Shown: one piece after another, positions 52,240 to 64,000 of the stretch | How positions within the stretch are numbered: position 1 is the first letter of the stretch | How the letters are laid out: the number at the start of each line of letters is the position of its first letter | Assembly: GCA_002633005.1 (NCBI GenBank) | Contig: NMRA01000090.1 | Location: forward strand, 1 to 64,000 | DNA from: Phoronis australis | Taxonomy: Eukaryota > Animalia > Phoronida | DNA: 64,000 nt | Direction of reading: 5' to 3' | The notes under the pieces: generated by a model | What the model saw: only the letters and a program-made list of their open reading frames with translations | What the model was told of the DNA's origin: nothing | Database searches by the model: none | Position numbers and translations under genes: made by a program

Positions 52240-53691
52240 TAACTTCGGTTGCAGTTGGGCAATTTTGGCGATTCCAAAACTAAACAGTATTCTTCCATGA
52301 AATACAGACAAGAGAACCTAGATCTTTTTTTAGGCTTGTGATTTTTTTGAGTTCTAAACACACAAAACGCTTGTTATCCCGGCCAGTGGCTCGGAACCAG
52401 ATCAGGCTCGTCGCGGCCGGACTGACTCGTTATCCTAGCCAGTGTCTCGGAACCTGGTCAGGGACTGGCACGAACATATTAACCAGCTTGAGTTGGAAAC
52501 TAAACCTCCAGTCACGAAAAGATTGTAATAGTCAGTGCTGTAGTGATAAACGTAGAGGTAAGTATGCGCCGAAAGCCCACTGTATCACCTTGAGCACTGA
52601 ACGTAACTTACGGTGCATAGCCGCTACCTTCAAATGCCAAAAGGTGGTTGCCTGGGCCTACGTGCGTGTACGCCCCACTACAACACTGATAACAGTGAGC
52701 CAAAGAAATAATGTGCACGTAATTATTTACATGAATTAGCCACGAAACTGAAAATCTACGGGGGGCCGCGAAGTCGGGCTCCTCTTCCACAGACCGTCAT
52801 GGCAAAGGTTGTAGGTTATTTGAATAGTGTATTTGTATTTCTAAATAAAGATTCCCCTAACATGTGCCATAGCATTTAAAATCAAGTAATTGTTTCACAA
52901 CAACTTTCCGTCAGCAAACACTGAATTAGCATGTGCTCACACGGCCTCGATGCCCGGTCAATTACCTTCATTGCCGGCATCAAAAGCGGGTAACACAGTG
53001 GTTTATTCATTGCTGGCTTCTCAACATTTGCACTCACAAATACTGCGAAGGCATTACAAATTGTATCTAATGAAACAGACTTTGTTTCAGTTTTATATAA
53101 GCATTGGTTAGGATGAGAATAATTAATTTTGAAACAACGCAGAATACATGGCAACTCATCCGGCGCCAATCCCGACTTGGTGAAGGGCTCATCCAACGAA
53201 GACTTCACGGGTTGGATCATTAGGTTTCACAGGCTATCTGTTCGAACCGGAATACACTGATCAAGAAATACTAGAGAGGCACCGTGAACATGCACAGACA
53301 ACGGAAGGTATGGATAGTTCTTTGGTAAGCCAGAATTCTTCAGAGAAATCACTGTCGACGAAATACCGGCCACAGACACGGAGATGTTTCACGGCCTCAT
53401 ACTTGCTATTAACAGCATACCTTCCTAAGCATTTCGGACTCGAGGAAGTCGAAAAAACGACATACCCGCTTTCTTCGCAGCTTCATAGTTCGGACAAGCG
53501 GGAACAATTCACCGCAATGTAGCGTATTAACTCTGCAGACGAACCACTGACGACGCTGCATCGTTTCTCACCTTCCTCACAGGTTAACGCAACACCTCTC
53601 GGCAAGGTGAGGTCGACCGTGTAGGTGGCAATGTGGATATATACCGATTAAGACAGTAAAAAAGACAAATTAAATCGGGTGGCATTCTGCT
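52240..53691 (-). mobile_element. Kolobok-like element, copy 3 (truncated, inverted)
   Basis: Reverse-complement homology to copies 1 and 2. One TIR gggtggcattctgct followed by ttat. Confidence 0.78.
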
Positions 53692-54348
53692 TTATGATCA
53701 TGTTTTGAATAAATATCCACATTTCAACGAGAGCATCTTCCGTGGAATCGTTCCAAGCCATAGACATCACATTGTGATGATGTCTATGGTCCAAACATTT
53801 GCCATTTTGTTGTGTTTTAGTGTAAAATTTGGCCATGTGACCATCACGTGGTTGTTAAAAGGTCACCACTAGTTGCAGTGAGGTGTAGAGCGGGGTAAAC
53901 CAGTGAAACTGAGTGGAATTCGTAGCGAGAAAGTAGAACATGTGCAACTGACGGCAACCGAGCGTTCAGCTGTACGCTGCCAGTGGTAAGGCCAGTGGTA
54001 AGAAGACGCACATTGGCCAAGCTTGCAAAATGATCAGTTTCTGTCCCATGCTCTCAGCTGTCGGTAACCTGTTTACATCTGGTTGCGTTCAGTTTTAAGA
54101 CCGATATAAGCTAGGCTTGATATTGATGGCTGTAAGTTGTAGTATTGCAGAGATCACTCTATCCGGGAATTGAACCAGCGACTTCGTTAAAACGGGTAAA
54201 CATGATAACCATTTGGCTAAATTATAGGTTATATACTCATTAGTGAATGGCTAACAGAGGCTCATATCCGATGTATGATTCATCAGAAGCATGTCTATAA
54301 CATCATCCCTTTCCTACAGAGCAGGCACTCAACCAGTGAAAACCTTAA

Positions 54349-56024
54349 AGGAGAATGCCACCCAATTTAATTAGTCTTTTTTGCCGTCGTAATCGTTCTA
54401 TATCCACATTGCCTCACATGTGGTCGATCTTACCTTGCCGAGAACCTCTTGGCAAGGTAAGTTGTGTCGCGTTAACCTGTGAGGAAGGTGAGAAATGACG
54501 CAGTGACATCAGTGGTTCATTTGCAAAGTGAATGCCGCTATGTTGCGGTACATCGTTCCCGCTTGTCCGAACTATGCAGCTGCGATAAAAAGCGGGTATA
54601 CTGTTTTTTTTTTTTTGACTTCCTCGAGAATTTGAAATGCCTAGGAAGTGGCTCGCGGTAGTGAAGAATGAAAAGTACGCTGTAAATAGCAGGTATGAGG
54701 CCATGAAACATCTCCGTGTCTGTGACCTGTAGCCGTCGACAATGCCCGACGAATGCTGGCTTACCAAATAACTATCCATACGCTCCATTGTCTGAGCTTG
54801 TTCACGGCGCCTCTCTAGTATTTCACTGTATTCCGGTTCGAACTGATAGCCTGTGAAACTTAACAATCCACCTGCGAAGTCTTCGTTCGGATGAGCTCTC
54901 GTCTAAGTCGGGATTACGAGTTGCCATGTTGACGTTTATTACTGAGCGTTCTGTTTCAAAATAAATTATTCTCATCCTAACCAATACCTTTTTGGTATAT
55001 CAAACTGAAACAAAGTTTGTCTCATTAGATGCACTTGTAATGCCTATGGAGTGCCTGTGAGTGCAAATGATTTGAGAAGCCAGCAATGAATAAATCACTG
55101 CGTTACTGGCTTTAGGTGCAATAAAACTAGCTGACGGGACACCGAGGCCATGTGAGCGCATGCTAATTCAGTGTTTGCTGACAGAAACTGTTGCGAAACA
55201 ACTTGATTTTCTATCCCACGGCCAGGTGTAAGGGGAATATTTATTTACATTTACATTTACATTATTCAAATAATGATTGTCAAAAATTGTACAACTTCTG
55301 CCCTGACGGTTCCTTGGCCAAAGCGGAACCTGAATTCGCGGCCCCTGATGAGTAAGTAGATTTGCAGTTTGATGGCTAATTCACCAACATAATCACATGC
55401 ACATTACTTCTTTAGCTCACTAGTAAAGTATTTTGTTGACTGGAAGTTGCCGCGACGACCCTGATCGGTTTCCGAGCCACTGGCTGCGATAACGAGTCAG
55501 TCCGGCCGCGACGGGCCTGATCGGGCTCCGAGCATCTTAATCCAGGATAACAGCGTTTTGTGTGTTTAGAACTCAAAAAATCACAAGTCTAAACAACACA
55601 GATCTAGGTTCTTCTGTCTGTATCTCACGAAAAAATACTTCGAATTTATCTCCTAACAGACTCCAAACTCCTGTTACGGGTAATATTGGCATGCCGAACT
55701 TTGTAGGCTATGGTGTGTCCAAATACCAATGAATCCGTAACAGCGAAATAAAACAACACGTTTTTATGACAACTTGATGTATTTTTAAAGGGAAGTTTGA
55801 TGATTTATTGCTGTTAAACGATGAATTCAAGTGATAAGCTGACACCAGTAACCAGTGTTGTGAACTGCTGAACAGACTGCGTGTGAAACCAATTACGTCA
55901 TTGGATAATTTCAATACCTCCGTCTGCCGTCAAGTGTCAGATAACGCAGCCGTAGGTCTGTTATCGAGAACTACTCGTTCTAAATTGATACAAATTAGGT
56001 TGTTTTTTTGGGTGGCATGCTCCT
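54349..56024 (+). mobile_element. Kolobok-like non-autonomous element, copy 2
   Basis: TTAA|aggagaatgccaccc ... gggtggcatgctcct|TTAA. Confidence 0.85.
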
Positions 56025-57314
56025 TTAACCAGATTGTCTCTCTCACAAGGTTGTCTGTCGTACAGGGCCTCCAATCTTGGAGTTTATACCACCACTACAC
56101 GATGCATGCTATCTGAGGTCAGCGAGTGCTAGCCAACAGAGCTTCATTGGCATATCATCTTATTGTCAGCTATGCCAATTGTAGTAATTGGTGAGATCGC
56201 TTGACCCAGGAGTTGAACCAGCGACCTCGATAAAACTGCCAGCAACGGTGCTAACCAATGCCATTCGCCTAATAGGGAGTTGCAAATTAGTGAGCACTTG
56301 CAGAGGCTCATATGATTCACTGGAAGCATGTCTATAACACTGTGATTGGCTGTTACTTGACCTTCAATCGGGGTCATTCATTGTCTAATTTGTCGCATGG
56401 TTTCTATTCTTGACATGGGTTCCATAGGATGTGAGAACCTCATAAAATGCAAGATCTCTTAAGACTTTGTGAGATATCACCATATAATACTAGCTTCCTT
56501 AGAGAGATTCTAGCGGTATGGAACTCATCCCAGGTTGAAGTGTTGTATTTTGGCTGACTATTGTTGTGTGGGACTTAAACAATATATTAGGACTTGCGAT
56601 CAGATATTCTGTCTCAAACTTTTTGTTAGAAGTTGGTAATGTTTGGCTTTCAAGATGGTTTTTTTAAAGGGCTTTGGAACAACAAGCAGTTCATTTGGTA
56701 ATACCCTTGTATAATTTATTGATGCATTTACGTGTCGTTCAAAAATGTATTCCATTTCTTTATGAGATTTCTATCAAAGGTGTTTTTCTATATGTGTTAC
56801 TGGCTTTATAAATTATTTCATTTGACTGGTTGACCTGTCATTCCTATTCCAACTTGTAACAGCTCAGTCACTACTATCTCTATGATAAGATAATTTCACA
56901 CACTGATCAAAATACATGTGCACAGTTCACTCATGCAAGCTGTGAAGCTGTAAGTAGGACCTACTCTATCTCTTGAGTCTATAGTGGTGTGGGTGTGGAA
57001 GTGGAGGCAATTTGATGACACAGTAACAAAGCTCATTTACCTACTACTTTTTTTCACCTTCAACTACAAGTGCTAAAATTTATAACCTCTGACAATTTCC
57101 TGTAGTTTCTGTAGCAATGTTTTGTCAAAATGGTAATCCCAACCTACGTTTCTGTTATGGTAGCTGCTTACCATTCCTGGTTTTTGAAAGGAGCATAGAT
57201 CTTAGAATTGCAGCCGCCAGGTGATATAGGAATCTTTACCTGGTGCATTCATTTACTAGCAGTTCTGTTTCAAATATCCTTTGTAATGTCGTAGAAACGA
57301 AATAACAGAAAACC

Positions 57315-57344
57315 ACATACACGCACACACAGACACACACGCAC

Positions 57345-57386
<42 letters not shown>

Positions 57387-57389
57387 ACC
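57315..57389 (+). repeat. (CA)n microsatellite
   Basis: Direct observation. Confidence 0.95.
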
Positions 57390-57700
57390 AGCTCATTAAA
57401 GAATGGATGTGAAATATGCTTCTCAATAGGGCTGTCTTGGATTACACAGCCACAGAACTAGATCTTTCTCCCATAACCATTGGGTAACCTGTGGTAACTG
57501 TTGGTAACAAAATGAAATAACATTCCAGTCTTTCTTTTGGTTAGGTGTTGAGAAACGCCTGTGATGTAAATGGCTTCTGCAACTACAACAAACTAATTTC
57601 ACACATGTTCTATGACTCACACTTGATAGATAATAAGAGGCAAGTAGAGCAGTAGCATATTAACTGAGTGGCTCATGTGTCTCAAGTGGTGCACGCACAT

Positions 57701-57701
<1 letters not shown>

Positions 57702-57746
<45 letters not shown>

Positions 57747-57753
57747 TCACACA
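57702..57753 (+). repeat. (CA)n microsatellite
   Basis: Direct observation. Confidence 0.95.
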
Positions 57754-58910
57754 TACGCAGAATTCTGGGTGTCAATTCATTGTCTTTTCACATGGCGAGA
57801 GATAGCACTGAGACAAAGGTGAGTTGGTTTGTTGTCCAGCAGGTAATGCATCACGTTCTGGACCATGGCGAAAGCGACAAAGTATCTGTCACATGATTAT
57901 AAAGCAAGTAAAAAGTCCTGATGATTGCTACACCTGTGATACAGGACGTACACTGAGGTCACAAACAAATATGTTGTCTGGATGCAGAAATATACCTGAT
58001 TACAACCGTATTCTGATTAAAATGAGATCATGTGACGGAATCATTGTAAATCTATCAAATGCTCTGGAATAAGAGGGACAGTTGAACTGAAAAAACGGAA
58101 TTGAAGGGACAAATTAGGAACAAAAGGTCAGAACTAACAGAATTGGATTGCAAATTGCAAAACAGCAATTCATGCCATTATGTATGTGTATTAAATGGTT
58201 GGTATATTGTCCCTTAGCACTTGTCTTGGCTGAAATTCATGTCTGGTCTGACTGTCTAGGTACCTAATCCCTTCTGTGATGTGCTAACATTATGTCTGGT
58301 GTTTTAAAACTTGAGCATAGACTGAACAGCACATTTCAGACATTCCTTTCTAAAATGAAGTTTAAAAGGTCAGTGGTTTGAAAAACAATGTATTTAGGGA
58401 TTTGGGCCAAAGTCAGATTTCAGCTAAAGGACCTTGGTCATCCAGACATATTGTTTAAATAAACAGCTATTCAGCCTGAGATCAGTTATATTACACTCTT
58501 GGGGCTTGTTTGACCTTGTATTTTGTCTAGGATTTGAGAGTTTGGTCCTTTCTGCCTGTTAAAATCAGTTGCTTAGCCAGTAAGTTGAGACTTTTTATGA
58601 GATTTTATATTTATGACTTCGTCTAGAAATAGTTCCTGTGTGGTTAAGTTTTGAGTAGAAATTCTCAAACTATTGATGTATTTTGTGTGTTGGTGTGTGT
58701 TGCCATGTGTGCATGGGTATGGGTGTATTGTAAACACATAGTGGGGGACTATCACAAGGTCTTTTTATACTGACTTAACTCCAGGTATTGGCATGTGTTT
58801 ATGGCAGGTTTTCACGGATAATTAGCTTAGGTATTTACTGTACATGTTCAGTTTAAAGTTATTAATTGTTACCTCTTGACATATATTTACAAATCATCCC
58901 AGCCCTAGCT

Positions 58911-59317
58911 CAAGGTACCTAAACTACACGTCAACGGACTCATAAACACGGGGCACGGAGGCATGAACACGACTCACGGACCTGCAAACACTGTCCACTG
59001 ACTCACAAACACGGGAACGGACTCACATTCACGAGGTAACACGGTTAACGGACCGCCAACACGGGTCACGGACTCATCGGCTTCCTGGGTCAGCTGACAT
59101 CTCCATTGTGTCCTTGACCCATGTTTGGCGGTCCGTTAACCGTGTTTCCTCGGGAATATGAGTCCGTGTCCGGTGTATTTGGCTGAGTGGATCGTGTTTT
59201 ATGAGTCCGTTCCCATGTTTGTGAGTCATTGGACGGTGTTTGCAGGTCTGTGAGTCGTGTTCATGTGTCCGTGCCCCGTGTTTATGAGTCCGTTGACCAT
59301 GTAGTTTACGTACCTTG
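58911..59317. mobile_element. CAAGGTACC MITE, copy 3, 5-bp TSD TAGCT
   Basis: Same family as 29146 and 29822. tagct at 58906-58910 and 59318-59322. Confidence 0.9.
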
Positions 59318-59974
59318 TAGCTAGTTTTATATTTGACGTGCATTCTGATTGGTCAAATAGGTTCACTTGCATGTTATATGTTATATCCTTATACTATCTC
59401 ACCAGTAGCTTTTATACATAATACCGATCACAAGCATTTTTCTCTTCGAACCACCTCGGGTTTTATTCATACACAATATAACCCACACCAGGTTTAAGTG
59501 GAGCATCCAGGTTAACTGCGAAGTTAAGTGAAGAAGTTGAACTGAACCATTGATACTGGCTTCGGTAGTTAAACAAACATCAAAGTAAACGGTAGATGAC
59601 GCTGTTGTCATCGAAGTAATCACAAGGTAGTGCTGCACGCAAAATTTTTTTTTAATTTGACAATTTGAAAACATTTACATGTGCTAATTGACGTAAAATT
59701 TATTTTTAATTCGATTGGTCATTATTCGAGCAAAATATAAGCAACTATTAGTGACTACACTACCCTTAAATTGTTGATGGTAACAGTGGTCCCTGGTGAT
59801 AACTTCAATGGTTCTGAACTTGGCCATTCATACTGCACTGCAGCGTCAACTGTGCACTGTTAAATCCACCTGTTATTACTGCGATGTTTTGGAGCTGTTA
59901 AGTCCGATCCAGGACCGAAGTTAAGCGTTCATACTGACCGCAAGTCCCCAAACCATCGACGCGTCGACGTCAGT

Positions 59975-60490
59975 CAGGGCTTGGAATTTTCCGCGGAAAC
60001 GCGGATTTCCGCTTTTTTCAAATGTGCTGTCCGCTTTTTTTATAATATTTCCGCGTAAAAAAAATCGGATTTGATATAAAATTTCCGCGGCAAATTCCTT
60101 ACTTACCGCGGCGTCGCAGACGACATTCACCTCGAAAAGCGGAAGTTGCTCTTTATGTTTCGGAGGAACGTAAATTGTCAACATTGCCGGGGCACCTGGG
60201 ACAGCGTGGTGGGATTTTCAATGGCGTCTCGTGTTATTGTTAAGTGCAGCGACAAATACTACCGCTCTGCAGCCAAAAACGTGTGGGGTTGGGAGTGCGG
60301 ACGGGCGAGCTAAGAGCTAAAAGGACGCAGACGCAAGCTACTGATGGTGGTAACGTTTTTTTTTTTATTTTTTTTTTTTTTTTTAGTCCTCCCGATTTGT
60401 GTCGAGGAAGGGTTCACATTGACCATTTCCAGGCATGATTTGGGCCGTAAAAGTTTCCGCGTTTTTTGTCATTGGTCATTCCAAGCCCTG
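59975..60490. mobile_element. hAT-like MITE, 6-bp TSD GTCAGT
   Basis: TIR cagggcttggaat ... attccaagccctg, tttccgc subterminal repeats. gtcagt at 59969-59974 and 60491-60496. Confidence 0.85.
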
Positions 60491-63400
60491 GTCAGTATAA
60501 AAAGCCCTATATTGGCACTCTCTACAGTAATGATAGTGTGAAAATGACTTCCGATTGATGGTTTGGCCGTCAGAAATTCAATTAGGCCCTACTATATAAT
60601 GGGTCATTAATTTTAAAGCAGAGGAATAAATTCCACTGTCAGCTCCTGCTGTTTCTAAGAGCTTGTACACTCTAATAATTCGTACATCACCTTTGAAACG
60701 CTGTATTTCTCTGTAATAGTTTGTACAGTAGGTGTCTGTGGAACGAATGGTTTGTACACATATCTGCATCAGTAAAAATAATTCGTAGACGAAGCACCAA
60801 CTCTACGAGTAATCGTCATCCGTGGTTTGCTGCACGACTAAACACAGTAGTAACGATCTCTAACAGAGTGTCCTCACTGAGTTCATGAATGTCTGTGTTG
60901 TCCAGCATTCGACTTAAAAGCTGTAGGTTTTGTTTGCAACCTAAAATTTTGAAATGGGAGCTGATATTTTTGTCAGCTGTTATAAAATTTGCACCGTTTA
61001 TTACACAGTTGGCAGACATAAAGCAACTCATGTGAATCCGGCCATAATTTGGTTGTAGGCAAATCAAGTTCAAATGAATAGTAATTATGAACAACTCTCG
61101 CTGTCTTGCAAACATGTCGTGAACATGGGATAATTCAGAATCGATGTTTCATGTGTTTCAAGGGTAAATGTTTTCAGATCACAAAACAGCAATGTTTCTA
61201 CAAATTTTTATGCAATCAACTTACCAAACTTTGTACTGCAAAAACATTTTTATTTTTCACGTAAGATGGCCTGCGTATCCAATAACAATACCACCGACAA
61301 TGTCGCACTTCGGCACTGGTCGGTCCCGCTGTTTGTACGCAAGGTCCTGGCAGACGGTCATGACTTGGAAATGTTGTCAAGTAGCACCTTGTTTCAATGT
61401 GCGTCTCGTTTTTATTGCAAAAGACAACAAACATGAAATTGACAACCCTATTAATCGCCAAACAATGAGTTGTCGTTCAGCAGAGATGTCGGAGAAATTC
61501 TTGAGCTCTTGCAGGGTTTGATGCTTAACTAAACGCCAAGTCTTATTTGGTGACCTGGAAAAAACAGTATCTCAATATTGCTTTATTACAGAACATGGTG
61601 TAACCACTGCAAAAATTGAAACACTAAAAACTCTTTGATTTGATATTTTGAGTCGTCTGCTCAAATCTGTTTCGTCCCTGTCATAATTCTTCTGCTGTTA
61701 GTGTCTAAGAAAAAGCTCTCTTTGTTTTCTCTTCAAACAGTTGCTATGATTCATGATTTTCCTCATTTGTCTGCCTGACTTGACTTATCTCGATAAACAT
61801 TTCATTGTTTGATTGAATTCCTATCTGCCAGGCTGTGCAAATAGAAACTTAATTTTTTTGTAATGATACACCACTCAGTTTAATACGAAACAAAGCATTT
61901 GTGCTTTAGTCACAAAATGTTGATTCTCTGTGCAGATATTTGCTCTATGTAAAATGCTGATGAGTACTCAATACCATAGTAATTGATTAAAATTTTCTAT
62001 CAAAATACTCAGGTAAGCTTTTGTATTACATATCTTGTGTGAAGTTGGGCTTTTCTGGTGTATGACTGCACTGGTTGTGACCTAAAACTGAAAATCAGTT
62101 GACATACAACATCATTTAGTTCATGGGAGATTGGATTTGTGCTTGCATAACTTCCAATATTTGTAACACTGGTGCAAGCTAGAAGATGCTATTTTACAGA
62201 AAAAGTTCTATAATTTGGGACAGTGAAAATTTTGTAATTTTTGTTCAAGGTCAGAGCTTATCCAAATTCTAGAAATAGGCAAGCATTGGCCATCCCAAAT
62301 TCAAGAATCGCCATAACGATGCAAAATTACTACTCTAGATTGAAAACACATTATCTGAGATTTGAGAAATATTATGAACGCCAGAATCTGCCCTTGAAAT
62401 TTATTTTGGATAGTGTTAACCAGTGCTAGTTTGGCCTTGGGGGCATGATCAGAACTTGGTATCCTAACTTTTCAGCTAGGCCCCTTGCAAAAAATACAGT
62501 TGAGTCTGCCTCCGGGATCAGTCAAGACCCCACTCCGATGGATACTTAAGTCTTGTATCGCCTCTCCACTTGCAACAAGTACTGTGATAGCTGATGCTAT
62601 GCTATGAGAACAGGAAATACCCCACTATAACTATTTATCTCAAGCTGCGTGCTGCTTGTTCAAATAGAAATACTTGTGAGATTGCCCAAGATCCTGTTTC
62701 CAAAAAGGATGCTTTAACATAGAATTTTTGAAAAGTCAGGATATAAAATGTTTTCATCTATCAGGAAGATTGTTGAACAGAGCAATAATTCAGGAGGCTC
62801 TATTGCTAAATCAGACGTTTGACAAGTGTGGTATTTTGTAAGGACACCACACGAACAAGACAAATCGATAAATTATCAAAATCATATGTGACAATATTAA
62901 TAATAGGTAGTAAAACTCAATAAACTGATGACTCTTTATAAATAAACTGATGACTCTTTATAGAACATTCATTAAATATAAACTATACTGGGCTGATGTT
63001 AGTTGCCAGTCTTGATAAAGTGCTAAAATAGTGGGAAAATTATACATAACTAACAAATTCTCTTGAAGATGCGTATCCTCTTTTGGCTTTCACCTAAAGT
63101 ATCAGAGTTTGTCATGTTGAAATTATTTGTGATTCATTTGGTGATTCATTACCCATTAACTATGATTTACCCATCAATGCCTGTGTATTACTTCAGGGGA
63201 TGGATATGATATTTGATCAATAGTTCCCTACATCTGTTGTGTGTGAAATGACCTTATTAGGATTTGAATCTGTGGTTGGGGTATTGTGTTTCAATGCTTT
63301 GTTGTGTCAGTTGTCTGGTGTTGGTCAAATAGTGTTCATTGTAGTTTATACATATGGCAAATTTTTACATTACAAAAACTATTAATGAGACCTTATTCAG

Positions 63401-64000
63401 TTACAAGTGGATGGTGGGCTTGGCTTCAATCTACGACCATGTTCACTTGACTCTTTTGTATACCAATTTGCATATTACAGCCAGACAGTTCTTCTCATGG
63501 TTTTGCTGTGATCACATTGTACCGTATCTTAACACTGATGTCAGACAGTGTAGCTGCTGCACTGTGATATGTTGCTTAAAAAACAGAATCTTGAACTGGG
63601 ATAAAGAGCCTATTTGCATTTGCTTAAACATTGATCAAATTCCTTGAGGAATGTTTTTGGCATTTGTTATTTGTATGTTCCTCTTGAAGAGGGCATGGCT
63701 GGTTGAGATTACGTAATACAAATCCCCTTGTGGAAATTTAGGACTTCTTTTTTATGTTTTAATTTCTAACAAGTTCCTTCAATAAATTTGACTTAAAAAT
63801 ATCTCAAACCTTATTCACAAAATTATTTCAAATATGTCTAACAGAATACCTCATCATCATTCTTAGGCGAATTGTTTTGTTTACTGCTTATCCGAGGTCA
63901 AAGGTTACAGGGCTGTCATTCCAATCAAATCTCCCGCCAGGCACGACCAGTTCTGTATGTACCCTCAGTCTTATTTCACCCAGTCGTCATACCGAGTCAA

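Noticed and set aside
54270-54300. CTGATGA on the minus strand as a hammerhead core
   Set aside because: No GAAA box follows the putative stem.
62920-62962. 22-bp tandem duplication (ataaactgatgactctttata)
   Set aside because: An ordinary local slippage duplication with no further structure.

Overview
Repeat-rich eukaryotic (animal, probably invertebrate) genomic DNA. 1) ~555-12630 is a large 10-bp satellite built from two related monomers, (CCAGTGGCCT)n and (CCAGTGGAGG)n, meeting at an inversion-like junction near 3467. It explains nearly all ORF-track hits below 12.1 kb, which are spurious. 2) One host gene can be fully reconstructed on the minus strand: ZNF830/CCDC16, 8 coding exons between 37015 and 15820, 900 nt, 299 aa. 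Its first coding intron has minor-spliceosome (U12) signals, and the frame-preserving boundaries are an unusual AT...AT pair. 3) Introns and intergenic DNA contain many nested, decayed transposons: a DD37D maT element, TTAA-flanked Kolobok-like elements, Helentron/DINE-1-like elements carrying arrays of CTCF-like motifs, a Penelope retroelement with an inverted terminal copy and a nested Harbinger-like element, an 8.3-kb CACTA/EnSpm-like element, and MITEs with 5-, 6- and 7-bp TSDs. No rRNA, intact tRNA or CRISPR was seen. All calls were made by eye without database searches.
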